Below are positions 1 through 14,141 of a stretch of DNA of 64,000 nucleotides, in pieces. Source of the DNA: Camelus ferus (Eukaryota); assembly GCF_009834535.1 (NCBI RefSeq), contig NC_045696.1, positions 56,050,001-56,114,000 of the forward strand, given 5' to 3'. Within the stretch, counting starts at the first letter, position 1. Every line of letters starts with the position of its first letter. The notes beneath the pieces were generated by a model. The model saw only the letters and a list, made by a program, of their open reading frames with translations, made no database searches and had not been told where the DNA came from. The position numbers and the translations under genes are program-made.

Positions 1-199
1 GGTCGCGTAGTTAGGGAGCAAAACTCTAAAAATGGAAGTCTTTACCGTAAACTCATGAGAGTGGAAGGGGGCTGTGGTCAGGAAGAGCCCGCAGCCACCT
101 TTGGGATCCTAGCAGTGGCCTGACCCTAATTCATTACACTGTACATGTATGCCCTTTGCATTTTTCTAAATGTCCATTCTATTTCACAATTTCAAGAAT

Positions 200-580
200 G
201 CTTTAAAAAGAAGCAGTTCAGGGCTGAGATGATGGTTCGAAAAATTCATCAGAGACCCAGGATCCTTCCAGCTTTCTGTTTTTCTGTCACTGGGGTATGA
301 CCCTTACGGCAATTTAAGATGATGGGTATCCCTGTGTTTTGTCCCCATGAAGTGAAAAATGAAAAGAGAGGGAAAAAATAAGCTAGTTCTTTCCCTTTAA
401 GAATCCTTCCTGGAAAGTGCACAGATCACTTCTGCATGTATTCCCTTGCCAGAGCTATGGTGCTAGGAAATGTGGTCTTTATTCTAGGCACCTGTTGGCT
501 CAGCTAAAATCCAGAGGTTCTATTGTTTAAGAGGAATGAGAGAGGACATTGTGATACATGTCTGGATCTCTGCCACAGTT
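200..580. mobile_element. Old MaLR (MLT1-like) LTR fragment
   Basis: Motifs agagacccaggatccttccagcttt and ctaggaaatgtggtctttattct, typical of MLT1 LTRs; subfamily and boundaries uncertain. Confidence 0.45.
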
Positions 581-899
581 AGGTAGTTTAAGCAAGTCAC
601 ACTGCTGGTAAGAACAAAGCCAGGATCCAAAGCAGGGTTATTGATGTAAGCCCATGACCCTTCTCTAGTATTGTATTGCCCATCCCAAACTGAGACTCAT
701 AATTCTAAAATGAAGCAGATGGGTGGGGGCTGCCCAGAGCCGGGTAAGTGGGTAGATTAGAAAAAGATTGACTATCTGTAGTAAAGAAAAGGGGTGGTCA
801 GTGAGGGTACTGACCCATTTCATTAACTTAATGAAATAGATGTGCTAAAAAAAGTCGACCAATGTTTGCACATTTTTCTTGTCTTGTTTACAGTAGTAG

Positions 900-1223
<324 letters not shown>

Positions 1224-1646
1224 TAGCGTAATTCTCTGGAAGCCCACAGACCTGTACCTTTGTATGGTAGGAACATTGGGAATAGAATTTTCAGCTTTCC
1301 CCTGCAATCTGGATCACTCTGATGTTTCTTACTTTTAGAATATTGCAAAGCCTGAGAGCAATGTAAGTATATCCAACTTCACTTGGGCTTCACCCCAAGG
1401 TTTTTGGCTTCCCTGTGTAAGTCATATCTCTAACACTCCCCTCCCAGCAGGCAGGGTAAATTAAAGATGGGGTCAAATTTGAATTTTCCATGGAGTTAAC
1501 CAAGCTCACCAGGAATGTGATATTTCAGATCACTTAAGGAAAAGGGAGGAGTCGGACTTGAGCAGTGGAGTTCCTTACTACAGGCAAGGAGGATCTAAGT
1601 ATAAATCAGCAGCGCAAGTAAGGCAACAAAGAAAGCACTAGTTTAA

Positions 1647-1802
<156 letters not shown>

Positions 1803-2038
1803 TAAACTGTTTTCAATATTCCAGAGATTTAAACCTGAGCAGAGGTCTGGGGAAAATGCTGGAGGAGAATCACTGTTTTCTTATTTCAAAGCTTATCAAG
1901 TTCTCTTGACGCTGATTCCAGAACATGATCACCATTAGTACTGATGGGTGCAGGAAGTTTGACAGAGTAGGAAAATCCTTTAAGAGGCAGTCCCCAAGTT
2001 CTCAGAAGAGGTATATTTGGGTTTGTTGTTGTTGTGTT

Positions 2039-2290
2039 TCATTTTATTGAAGTATAGTTGATTTACAATCCTGAGTTAGTTTCAAGTATACAGCAATGTG
2101 TATGTACACATAAAACTCTTTTCCATTATAGGTTACTATAAGATACTGAGTATAATTCCCTGTGCTCTACAGTAAGTCCTTGTTGTTTATCTATTTTATA
2201 TAGAGTGGTGTGGACCTGTTAATCCCATACATCCTAATTTATCCCTTCCCCTTCTTCTCCCCTTTGATAATCATAAGTTTATATTTTGTG
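2039..2290 (-). mobile_element. LINE-1 3' end fragment
   Basis: ttttattgaagtatagttgatttacaat...ataattccctgtgctctacagtaagtccttgttgtttatc, a cetartiodactyl-type L1 tail in antisense. Confidence 0.8.
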
Positions 2291-3489
2291 ATTTGATTTT
2301 TTCAACGTAAAGCAAGCATAGAGAATATGCAGGGTTTTCCCACTGTTGCAGCCTTTTGGAGGCAGGGCACGTGCAAAGGCAGGTGTTGAAAGCTGGGATG
2401 CCTGACAGACCTAAATCTCCTCTGCGGCTCTGCCTGAGTCACAGTATCTTCTGTTCCTGCTAGGACCAATCTCAGTATAATCCTCACTTCCCATTTGCCA
2501 AAAGTGGCATGTTTTTAAAGATTGATGCTTTTAATCAATAGAGAAGGAGGGAAAAAAAAGTGTTTAAGAAAAGAATGTTCTTCTGGAGTTCTGTCAGACT
2601 ACTGCTGACAGTCCTGATCCCAGCGGGAAGGGTGCAACAAGAAGATCGATGTTTAAGCGAAATGAGAGCTCAGGAGGTTTTAGAGTTTGTAAGGGAGTTC
2701 TAGACAGGTTTAAGAGAAGTGTAACATTTCAGATCACCTAACCAGGGAGAAAGGAATGGTGGAGTTCTAATGCATTGGAAGAGAACAAAGAAATGTCTTA
2801 TTTTCCCATGACATGATTGTACTGTAATTTTAACTGTTAAACCAGCGACAAGCATTTAGTTTATTTCCAGTGTGTTTTCCTATAAACAGCAATGTATATA
2901 CTGGCCATGACTTTGAGAGTAAATTCCTAGCAGTCCAATACTGGAAATAGGGTTTGAGTGTTTTTCATTTTGATGTACCACCAAATGGCCCCCACAAAAA
3001 AGATTATTCTAATTCATATGTATGATAATGCCTCTACCAAAAAAATTTAGTTTTCAGATTCTATAATATTTCTGTGTCACCTTATATTTTAAAAGGGATC
3101 TTGTTGATGCCCAGGTCCTTAAGAAAATATGCAACTCCTTTCTTCTCTTCCTCAGTCCAAAGTGAGGTCAACTTGCTTCAGATCAATTCCACCTGAGGGA
3201 ACTGAAGGAGAGGGGAAATCCTGTGTGTACTAGTTACTAGTTTGTGACCCTGCCCCCAGCTTCTCCTGGCTCTGAGGGGAAGGTACTGGGGGTGGGCGGG
3301 TGCTTGAGCGAAAGGAATCAGTGGGACTTGTCTGTGGGCAAGCAGGGCAAGTCCTCAGATAAAAAGTGCCACCTGGACAGGGAGCAAACATTAGGGCCTT
3401 TTGTGTTATAGATACTCTACCCCAATTAAGTAATACTAAATTCAGATTGTTTTGAGATGTCTCATTATTGATTTATTTATTTGGATGAA

Positions 3490-3933
3490 TTTATTTTTTA
3501 ATTTTATTGAGGTATAGTTGATTTATAATATATAAGTTTCAGTGTGTATCACAGGGATTAAAAATTTTTATAGATTATACTCCATTTAACATTTACTATA
3601 AAGTATTGGCTATATTCTCTGGGTTGTACAATCCATCCTTGTCGCTTATTTATTTTATACATGGTAGCTTGTACCTCTTAATCTCCTACCCTTACCTTGC
3701 CCCTTTCAGCTTCCCTTTCCCCACTGGTAACCACTAGTTTTCTGTGTCTGTGGATCTGTTTCTGTTTTGTTAAATTCATTTATTTCATTCTTTTGATTCC
3801 ACATATAAGTGATAACAGTGTTGTCTTCTCTGTCTGACTTACTTCACTAACCACAGTACCTTTAGGTTGATCCATGTTGTTGCAAATGGCAAGATTTTAT
3901 TGTTTATGGCTGAGTAATACTCCATTGTGTATA

Positions 3934-3975
<42 letters not shown>

Positions 3976-6692
3976 ATCTTTATCCATTCATCTGTTGATG
4001 CTCACTAAGGTGATTTCCATGTCTTGACTATTATAAATAATTCAGCTATGAACATTGTGGTGCATGTATTTTTTCAAATTAGTATTTTTGTTTTCTTCAG
4101 ATATATATGCAGGAATGGGATTTCTGGATCACGTGGTGGTTCTATTTTTAATTTTTTGAGGAACCTACATTTCCCTTAGTGGCTGCACCAATTTATATTC
4201 CCTCTGACAGTGCACAATAGTGTTCCCTTTTCAACACATTCTCACCAACATCTGAATGAAAGCCTTGCCGGGTAGAGTATTCTCGGTTGTAGGTTTTTCC
4301 CTTTTATCACTTTAACCATGTCTTGACTACTCCCTTCTGGCCTGCAGAGTTCCTACTGAAAAGTCAGCTGACAGCTTATGGGAGTTCCCCTGTATGTAAC
4401 TTGTTGTTTCTCCCTTGCTGCTTTTAATATTCTCTCTTCATCTTTAATTTTTGCCCTGTTAATTCCTCTTCAGGTTGATCCTGTTTGGGACCCTCCATGC
4501 TTCTTGGCTGTGGGTATTTGTTTCATTCCCCAAGTTAGGGACGTTCTCAGCTATTATGTTTTCAAATATGTTCTCTTCTTTTTCAGGGAGCCTGATAATG
4601 CAATGTGCTTGATGTTGTCCAAGAGGTCTCTTAAACTGTCTTCGTTTCTTTTTATTCCTTTTTCTTTTTTCTTTTAAAGCTTTAGTGATTTCCAGTGCTC
4701 TCTGTCTTCCAGCTCACTGATCTGTTGCTCTGTATCACTTAATCTACTATTGATTCCTTCTAGTGCACATTTTATTTCAGGTATTGTATTCTTCATCTCT
4801 GGTTCTTCTTTATATTTTCTAACCCTTTGTTAAAAGCTTCCAATCTCTCATTCTGTTCATTCTTCTCCTCAGTTCTTTCGTCATCTTTATAATCACCACC
4901 TTCAACTCTTTCTTGGGTAGATTGTCTTTCTCCACTTAGTTCTCCTGGGGTTTTAATATTGTTCTTTCATTTTAAATGTATTCCTTTACCACCTCAATTC
5001 GCCTAATTTGCTGTCTTTATTTCTATATACCTGGTAGGTTGGTTATGTTTCCCAGCCTTGGAGAAGTGGCCTTTTGTAGGAGATGTCTTATATGTCCAAG
5101 TAGCACATTCCCCTCTGGCACCAGGGCTCTGTGCTCTAGGGGTGCCCCGATGTGGGTTGTGTGGGTCCTTCTATTGTGGTGGCTGACTACTGTGGGCAGT
5201 CTGGTAGGCATGGCTGGCCCCTGGTCTGGTTGGTTGCCAGCCCCTGCCTTGTGTGGAGGCCGCTAGCCACTGGTTGGCAGGCTGGGTCGTGATGCCGCTG
5301 GATGCAGGAGTCCAGTGGGTGCTGCGACTAGTGCTGGCTCACTGGTGGGCAGAGCCAGGTTCTGGGGTGAGTGGTTGCAGGGCCAGGGTTCCCTGCCCTA
5401 GTGTCAGCTTGCTGGTGGATAGGGCCAGAGCCCAAGGGCCTGGGGCTGATGCTGGGTCATGACAAGGCAAGGTGCAGGGCTGTGGTGGGTCCTTGGGCCA
5501 GTGTCCATCTGCCATTGGGTGGGGTTAGGGTCTAGGAGATAAGGCTGGTGCCTTCCCACTGGTGGGTGAATCCAGATTCTGGGGTTGGTGCAGGTCTGCT
5601 GGTGGGCAAAGCTGGGTCCTGGGTCTCCGGCTGCAGGGCCAAGGTTCCCAGAGCTGATGTTTCAAACTGCTGGTAGGTGAGGTCTGGTGTATCCTAACGC
5701 TTGTGATGACTCACTGCTGAGTCTGGGGAGGCTAGCTGAGAGGCCCAAGATGTCTCAGAGCTGGTGTTGGCCTACTGGTGGGTAGAGCTGGGGCCCAGCA
5801 GGTCTGGGGCTGGTGCCAGCCTACTGGGGGTTTGAGCCAGGTCCCAGGGTCTCTGCCTGCAGGGCCCTTGGGGTACCAGTTCTAGTGCCTGTGCCCTGGT
5901 GTGTGAGACCATGTCCTGGGATGGCTGTGGGCTCAGGGTATCTTAAGGCAGCCTGCCCACTCGTGGGTGGGGCTGTGTCCCTGCCCAGCTAGTCACTTGT
6001 CCTGAGGGGTCCTAGTACAGTCCAGGCTGGTGGGTGTGGGCAGGGTGGGGCCCCGAGGCTATTAAGCTAGAGGGAGGGCTCCACAGCAGCACCTGCCAGC
6101 ACCAGTGCCCACGTAGTAGGACGAGTTCCTCTGTACAGTTACTGCCCCCAGTGTCTGTGGCCCCGGGCTGAGCTCCAGTGGCCGCCTGCCTCTCTGGAGA
6201 CTCTCCAAGATCAGCAAGTGGGTCTGACCCAGGCTCCTTCCAAATCACAGCTTTTGCCCTGGGTCTCAGATGGTGTATGATCTTGTGTATGCCCTTTAAG
6301 AGCGGAGTCTCCATTTCCCACAGGCCTCTGGGACTCCCAAAAGTAAGGCCTGCTGGCCTTCCAGGCCAAACATTCTGGGTGCTCTTCTTACCGGTGCAGG
6401 ACCCCGGGGCTGTGGAGCCTGACGTGGGCTCAGACTCCTCACTCCTCGGAAGAACCTCGGCAGTGGTAGTTAGTCTCCTGTCTGTAGGTCGCCTGCGGGG
6501 GTGTGGGTCTTGACTACGCTGCGTCTCCACCCCTCTTGGCCACCTTGCTGCGGTTCCTTCTTTACCTCTTTCATTGTAGAGGCCTTTTCTGGTAGGTTCT
6601 GGTCTTTCTCATCAACAGTTTCTCTCTAAATAGTTGTAATTTTGGTATGCCCATGAGAGGAGGTGAGCACACAGTCTTCCTACTCCACCAGC
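3490..6692 (-). mobile_element. LINE-1 with 5' UTR and ORF1 portion joined directly to the ORF2 C-terminus/3' UTR (internally deleted)
   Basis: 3' tail at 3490-4250; ORF1-like antisense sequence from about 4251 (gccttgccgggtagagtattctcggttg); GC-rich repetitive 5' UTR 5150-6690 ending tcttcctactccacc. Confidence 0.75.
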
Positions 6693-7009
6693 TTCTCGTT
6701 TTCCTAAAAGCTGATGGATGGGAATGACCCTGAAGAGACCTGGGTATAGATGAAAATAGCATGCATTTCAACTTTGGTAGCTACTAAGTTCCAGACAACG
6801 TACCAAGCATTTTTAGAAGTGCCTTATCTCACTCATATTTCAGTTAAGGAAATTAGAGTGCATAGAGGCATTATACAACTCACAGATTGTACCATGGTCT
6901 GTGTGGCTCCAAAGTCCCCATTCTTTCAACCATACTGCCATAAAGTGTTATAAGCTGCTATGATTCACCCTGTGTAAACTAGCTGACTAGCACAGAATCC
7001 ACAGTACTT

Positions 7010-7185
7010 CTTACTGTCCTTTACTAGCTATATGACTTTGGGCCAGTTACCTAATCTCTCTCTGCCTCTGTTTCCTCATCTGAAAATGGGGGCATCAATA
7101 GTACTTTTAGGGTTCTGGGGTGGTGTAAATGAATACTTATATGCCACCTGCTTAAACAGTGCCTGGCACAAAGTAAGAGCAAATG
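7010..7185 (+). mobile_element. MIR SINE
   Basis: Core tgactttgggccagttacctaatctctctctgcctctgtttcctcatctgaaaatgggg...acagtgcctggcaca. Confidence 0.8.
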
Positions 7186-7845
7186 ATAATCATCATCATC
7201 ATGATTGCCTCTTTCCAAGGCTTAATGTACTAAGCCTTGATAATAAATATTTGTAGAATATGGAGCCAGGACCCATTTCTAAAGCTGTGAGCTCAGAAGC
7301 TCATCATCAGTCAGCAAGTACCCTCTATGTTAGGGACCAAGGCTCAAGAGAAGTGAGAGACAAGGTCTTTACCTTTAAGTCATTCACGATCTAGGTAAAA
7401 ACAAAATGCAACTCGCATGAAGTGCTTCATTGCTGAATGGGTTTTTCCAAACTCAAGAGTGGCAGTGGTAAATGTGGGCAGACCCAGCCGGAGGAGACTT
7501 CCTGGAGGAGCTGGGACGTGGGCTGGGCTTTGCTGAAGGGCAGGACGTGGAGTGCAGGCATTCCAGGCAAGGGAGGCTGTGGAATGGAAGCAACCCTGGT
7601 GGGGAGGAGTAGGAGCAGACTGAACGGAGAGTGGGAACCGGGGGAGCAGCAACAGTAAGGTTTGGGTTTAGGTACTTTAAGAACGTGTCCTTCTAAAACA
7701 GAGAGCAGGTAATTTTTATTTAATCCAATCAGCCTCAAGCGAGAGAATATGTAGTTTGAAAAATGATCATTTCTGTCACTACTCTTGAAAACCTTTGGAA
7801 ATGACTTTGTTCAGAGTGAAAAATTCTCCTGTCCCTTTGGCACAG

Positions 7846-7985
7846 TGAGGACCGCTCAGCGGAAGCACATCCTCGCAGCCCATGAGATCGTCCACCAGCA
7901 CACAGAAGCCATGCTTGAGGAGGATTTTGTTGAGCAACAGCAAGAATCAGACACTGAGCTACTTGAGGGAGCTCAAGACAGCTAA
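7846..7985 (+). CDS. CFAP91: CFAP91 last coding exon, with stop codon
   Basis: Acceptor ccctttggcacag. Encodes (V)RTAQRKHILAAHEIVHQHTEAMLEEDFVEQQQESDTELLEGAQDS*; TAA at 7983-7985, followed by G|gtgagc donor-like motif. Confidence 0.88.
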
Positions 7986-10589
7986 GGTGAGCTTGGTTTT
8001 TCATATGGAAGGAAGCAGAGAGGAGGACAGGCAGCATCATTCAGTTTTGTGCGGTGTGCTAACAATCAATGTGAAGATGGCCCATTGTTTAACAAACTGG
8101 CATTTATGCTGGCACGTTTCATCTATGTTATGGAATCGGCTGTTGAAATTGTTAGATAATAGAGTTGCTATTACAGCAATTGGACTCTTGTGACCAAAAC
8201 ACAGGATTCTATTTTTTATAGGTTCTTTTAGCATATGACTGTACTCCATCATAAATAAAGCTGCAAAATGTGTCACTGTTATAAACAAAGCTTGTTCTTA
8301 GGGAGGTAGACAAGGTACCCCTAATTATAATTATAGAACAAGTCACAGCCTGTCCAGTTCTAGCCCTGATGCCTCTGCATTGTGCACCAAGGGTTAGTCT
8401 TAGGCTCAACCAAATATTCACTCACAATACTAACATAGGCCATATTTCATATGATTTGAGTATCAGTCTACTCAGATAAAGACAGGAACCACAGCTCCCA
8501 GCAGGGCAGCACAGATGTTTCTCTTTCCTTGGGAGCTCTCACCATATCCACACAGAAGACCACATCACTATTGTCATTAACCCCCAGGTTACAAAGCTCA
8601 GGTGCAAGGCAAAGAGATTCTTGGGTGGCTGCAGGAGCTGCCTTGGTTTCCATGGCCCAGGACCAGCATCTCTTGTAATAATTCCATAGGCATAGTTTCC
8701 AGGGTCCCCCCGATGGACATGCCCAGTTATAAGTCAGCACACTCAGGGAAAGCTCAAAGCTTTAGTTTCCCATTAGATAGTAATGGTGTATTTATAATTC
8801 CTCCCAATCAGATGCTAATTACCAACCAGGGGCCATTTTTACCTTAAGTAGTGTTGCTTAGTAATGTAGTTGACACCACTTTATCAGATGATTGGAGAAC
8901 AGAGCTCGAGAGTCCGTTGAAAGTAAAGTTCTCATGAGAAGGGGAAAGGGAGCGAACCATTTGCCTATACCTTCTCCCTCTACCCGCTTATATTAGAGGC
9001 ACATTGTCTATTTTGGCCTTGAGTATGTGCTGTCAGGTTAGGGAAGGCTTAAGGGAAATCCTGAACCTGGCATTCAGAAGGTTTGGGAGTTGGCAGCTCT
9101 GCCACTAAATATATAATCTTACGCAAATCACTTCCCTTCACTTGAGGTGTGCCCATGCACATGTGACCAGGAGACGCTCTGCAGGGGAATCTGCTGGGAC
9201 TTTAAGTCTCAATCACAGAAGGTCATGGAAGGCAGGCTGAGATGAGGGGGCAGTTAAGAAAGAAAGCAAGAGGAAAAACTGATAAAGAATTCTTAAATAC
9301 CAAACGATGGCTGTAAATTACAGCAGAAAGTCTTCTGTTTTTAATTAATAATGAAGTGACCTCTGAAATCATTGAAGATATAAGCCATGTATTTGCATGT
9401 AATGTTTATATTACTATCTGTATAATGTATATTCAAAGATCAAAGCATTTTGCCTATCTTATTGTGATAAAATCAGCCTTAATGTTGGGGTAGTCATTCT
9501 TCTTACATGCAAATTTAATAAGATTAACTTACATAGTGTGACTTGAATACATCTGCATTTACTTCTGAGTATTATACCTGTTCTGTGACGTCTATGGTGA
9601 TCTGTGAAACCAAGCCATAGGAGTTTTTTTTAATGATTTTCTATTTTATACTTAGGTTTTAATGAAATATATTTTACTTTCACTATTTAAAGCATATTGT
9701 AGTTACAAAATATAATTCAAAAAAAAAAATCTAGTTTTCAGGCTAGTTACAGACACTTAGCAAGGAAGATTAACCAAAAAGTTAATAGAGTATCTTCTTC
9801 ATACTTTATTAAATGGCTGGAACATGATGCTTTGTTGCCCCATAGTACATATTATTCCCTCTTCCTTCTCTCAGAGGAAAGGAGGAAAGGACTGATGTGA
9901 GATTATTTAATAATATTTAGGGAGAGGGGCAGTAGACATGGACTGCTGATTTAAAACATTTTTTAATAAGCTTGAAGACAATGGAGAGCTAATAAAACAG
10001 TGACGAGTTTCTGGGGAAACTCTAGGAGAAGGAAAAGTCAGAGTTGGGTCTGGCATTTGGATGCACTTTTTTTTTCCTTAGGGAATATGCAAATTCTAGA
10101 AAATGTGGCTGAAAATCTGAGTAATGCTTTCACTAGCTTTGCAAAACTATAGAGACAAAAAGTGGAGTCACAAGGTTGAAGCCCTGGTAAACCTCTGGGC
10201 TGGGATTCCATAAGGCTATGCTCTAGTAGAAAGGGTTCACTGGAAGTAAACCAGCCCTCAAATCGACTAACAGTTGAGCTTTTAATCATCTGAGTGATCC
10301 AAAAAACAAAAACCTCAGTCCTACAAATTGAATTAAAAAGATCCTTGATTCCTGTTGCCTCAAGGAAATTGTCAGAAACAAACTTAAATTCTCTTCAGAG
10401 AAAGTTGGCATTATCCTAGATCTGTTTATTTTTGCAATTTTTCATGTACAATTTCCAGAACACAAGCATATCCAGCTGCATGAGGAGACACAACAGCTTG
10501 AACAAGTAGCAGCAGAAAGTACAGATAATAGAAACAGACCTAAAAATATTGGAAGGGTGAGACAGATTTAAAAAGAACTATGCTTACTG

Positions 10590-12217
10590 CTTTGAACTTC
10601 TAGTCTCCAGAATTGTGAGAAAATTAATTTTTGTTGTTTAAACCACCCAGTCTATCTATGGTATTTTGTCATGGCAACCTGATCTAAGATAGATTTTGGT
10701 ACTAGGAGTAAAGTGCTGCTGTAACAAATACCTGAATGTGTGGGAACTAGATAATGAGTAGAGTTGGGAGAGTTTTGAGGTGCAGGCTAGAAATATGGAT
10801 GTTAAGGGCATTTCTGGTGAGGTCTTGGGTAGAAATGTGGAACGTGTTATTGGAAACTGGAAATTTGACTGAACTTTGTTCTAGTGTTCTAGATAGAACT
10901 TCTGAGCGATGGAATTGGATACTTAGCTGGGAAGATATCTAAAGCAAAGTCTTGTTTCCTCCTGACTGCTTATAGTAAAATAGGAAAAGAAAGATGAATT
11001 GAAGAAGGAACTGTTAAGCAAAAAGGAACAAGTACTTAAAGATTTGGAAAATTCTCAGCCTATCCATATTTCAAGAAATGAGAAAGTACATTCTGAAAAG
11101 GAACACTGAGGGTGTGGTTGAAACAGCTATTTGATAAAGAGCTTATGGAATTATAAGAGTAGGAGCTCTGCCAGTTTGAAATGAAGGGATGGAGACAAGA
11201 TGACATGAAGGAAGACTGTCAGATTTACTGGATTTGACAGGGTGAGATGATAGTTCTATTCTGCTGCAAATGTGCACAGTTCTTCAAAATAATCCTGAAA
11301 GCAGTTCAGAGCTCATCAGCCACTGCCTCAGTTTCAACAGGTCAGAGAGCCTCTGCCCAGAACTTCAAGGATGGGACCATCTGTGGGACCCTTACCCTGG
11401 CAGATCTGCAGTGACCAGATCCCTACCTAAGAAGTGGGGATGGGGGATGGCAGAGCAGAAAGGTAGGGGCCACCCCCAGAGCAATGGGAGCTATGCTGCC
11501 ATCCCAGTGGACCTGGAAGGCAGACACTGAGCCAAAGGGGATTAATCTTGAGCTTTAAGACCCAATAGAACTTGTCTAGCTAGGCTTTAGACTTGCTTGG
11601 GACCCATTACTCCTTTCTTCCTTCTGATTCCCCCCTTTTGTAATGGGAATATCTATCCTAGACCTGCCCCCACCACTGTATTTTGGAAGCACATAGTGCA
11701 TCTGGTTCACAGCTGGAGAGGAATGTAGCCTCAGGATGAATCATACCTTGAGTGTCACCCACATCTGGTTTAGATGACTTGTAGATGAGAATTTGGACCT
11801 CAGACTTTAGAGTTGGTGTTTGAATGAGTTAAGACTTTTGAGGTTGTTGGGATGGAATGAATGTATTCTGTATGTGAGAAGGACATGAATTTGGAGAGGC
11901 TGGGGTGGAATGCTATCCATTTAGTTGTGTCCACCCAAAATTCATGTCAAAGCCCTAGCTTCCAATATGATGGCTTTTGGAGATGAAGATAATAAGGATT
12001 AGATGAGATCATGAGGGTGGGTCCCTTATGATGGGAATAGTGCTCTTATAAGAAGAGACATCAGAGCACTTGCTTTCTCTCTGCTTCTTGCCTTGTGAGG
12101 ACATAGCAAGAAGGCAGCCATCTACAAGCCAGGAAGAGAGTCCTCCCCAGAAGCTGGCCATGCTGACATTTTGACTTTGGACTTCTGGGCTCCCGAACTG
12201 TGGGAAAATAAATTTCT
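10590..12217 (+). mobile_element. MaLR (MLT1A/B-like): partial 5' LTR, internal region and 3' LTR (3' LTR resumes at 14081-14141)
   Basis: LTR end ...ggtattttgtcatggcaacctgatctaagata, then internal start gattttggtactaggag; polypurine tract gaggctggggtggaa before the second LTR at 11911. Confidence 0.75.
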
Positions 12218-14055
12218 AATAGCCCAAACAATTTGAGACTCAAGGACAACAAAGCTGGAAGTATCACATTCCCTGATTTCAAACTATATTACAAAGCTAC
12301 AGTAATCAAAACAGCATGGTACTGGCACAAAAACAGATACATAGATCAGTGGAACAGAACAGAGAGCCTAGTAATGAACCCACACTTAAATGGTCACTCT
12401 GTGACAAGGGAGGCAAGAGTATACAATGGAAAAAAGACAACATTTTCAATAAACGGTGTTGGGAAAACTAACAGCTACATGTCAAAGAATCAAACTGGAC
12501 TACTTTCTCACACCATGCACAAAAATAAATTCAAAGTGATTAAAGACTTAAACGTAAGAACTGAAACCATAAAAATTCTAAAAGAAAACACAGACAGGAT
12601 GCTCTTTGACATTGGCCTTAGTGATACTTTTTTTTAGATATGTCTCCTCAGGCAAGGGAAGCAAAAACAAAATAACCAAATGGGACTACAAACTAAAAAG
12701 CTTTCACACAGTGAAGAAAACTATCAACCAAATGAAAATGCAGCCTACTGAATGGGGGGAGACATTTGCAAATGATATATCTGATAAGGAGTTAATATTC
12801 CAAAATATACAAAGAACTCATAACTCAACATCAACATCAAAAAAACAAGCAACACGATTAAAATTGGGCAGAAGACCTGAAGAGACATTTTTCCAAAGAA
12901 GACATATGGATGGCCAACAAGCATAGAAAAAGATGGCCAACAGGCACAGGAAAAGATGCGCAACATCACCAATCATCAGGGGACTGCAAATCAAAACCGC
13001 AATGAGATTTCACTTCACACCTCTCAGAATGGCTGTTATCAAACAGACCACAAATAACAAATGTTTGCAAGGATGTAGAAAAAGGGGAACCCTCATGCAT
13101 TGTTGGTGGGAATGTAAATTGGTGCAGCCACAATGGAAAACAGTGTAGAGATTCCTCAAGAAATTAAAAATAGAACTACCATATATTCCAGCAATTCCCC
13201 TCCTGGGTATTTATTTGAAGAAAATGAAAATACTAGTTAGAAAAGATATATGCCTCCCTATGTTCACAGCAGCATAATTTACAAGTAGCTAAGATATGGA
13301 AGCAACCTAGGTACCCATCAGTAGATGAATGGATAAAGAACATATGGTATATGTATACACAATAGAATATTCAGCCATTAAAAAGAATGAAATCTTGCCA
13401 TTTGTGGTAATATGGATGGATCTAGAGAGTGTTATGTTAATTGAAATAAGTCAGACAGAAAAAGACAAATTCTGTATGATTTCACTTATATGGAATCTAA
13501 AACAAAAAAAAAAACCCACCAAAACATAAAAAAGCATAACAATATAGAAACAGAATCATAGATACAGAGAACAGGTGGTTGCCAGATTGGGGGTGGGGGA
13601 GCGAGAAATAGGTGAGGGAGATTAAGAGGTACAAACTTCCAATTGTAAAATAAATGAGTCACAGATATGGAAGGTACAGTTTGGGGAATATAGCCAATAA
13701 TTATATAATATCTTTGCATAGTGACATCATAATTAGACTTATTATGGTGACCATTTTGAGATATATAGAAAAATCAAATCACTGTGTTGTATAACAAATT
13801 AACACAGTGTTGTGGGTCAATTATACTTCAAAAACAAACAAACTCATTAAAAAAAGATGAGATTTGTGGTTACCAGAGATGGGAGGGGAGTAGAGGAGAC
13901 TGGATGAAGGCAGTCAAAAAGGTACTAACTTCCAGTTATAAGATATAAAGTACTGGGGATATAATGTACAACATGATAAATATAATCAACATTGCTGTTT
14001 GTTATATAGGAAAGTTGTTAAGAATAAATCCTGAGTTCTCATTTAAAAAAATAAA
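12218..14055 (+). mobile_element. 5'-truncated LINE-1 (ORF2 C-terminus and 3' UTR), degenerate
   Basis: ORF fragments AGSITFPDFKLYYKATVIKTAWYWHKNRYIDQWNR and [11 protein letters not shown] are L1 ORF2; frameshifted; A-rich tail near 14045. Confidence 0.92.
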
Positions 14056-14141
14056 TATATATATATATATATATATTTCTGTTGTTTAAGCTAACCAGTC
14101 TAAAGTAGTCTGTTGTGGCATCCTGAGCTGGCTAAGATACA

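Noticed and set aside
6012..6530. 172-aa minus-strand ORF
   Set aside because: Lies in the GC-rich L1 5' UTR; no similarity to a known protein that I can recognise.
12233..13529. ORFs resembling a retroelement protein
   Set aside because: Frameshifted fragments of L1 ORF2 in a truncated copy, not a functional gene.
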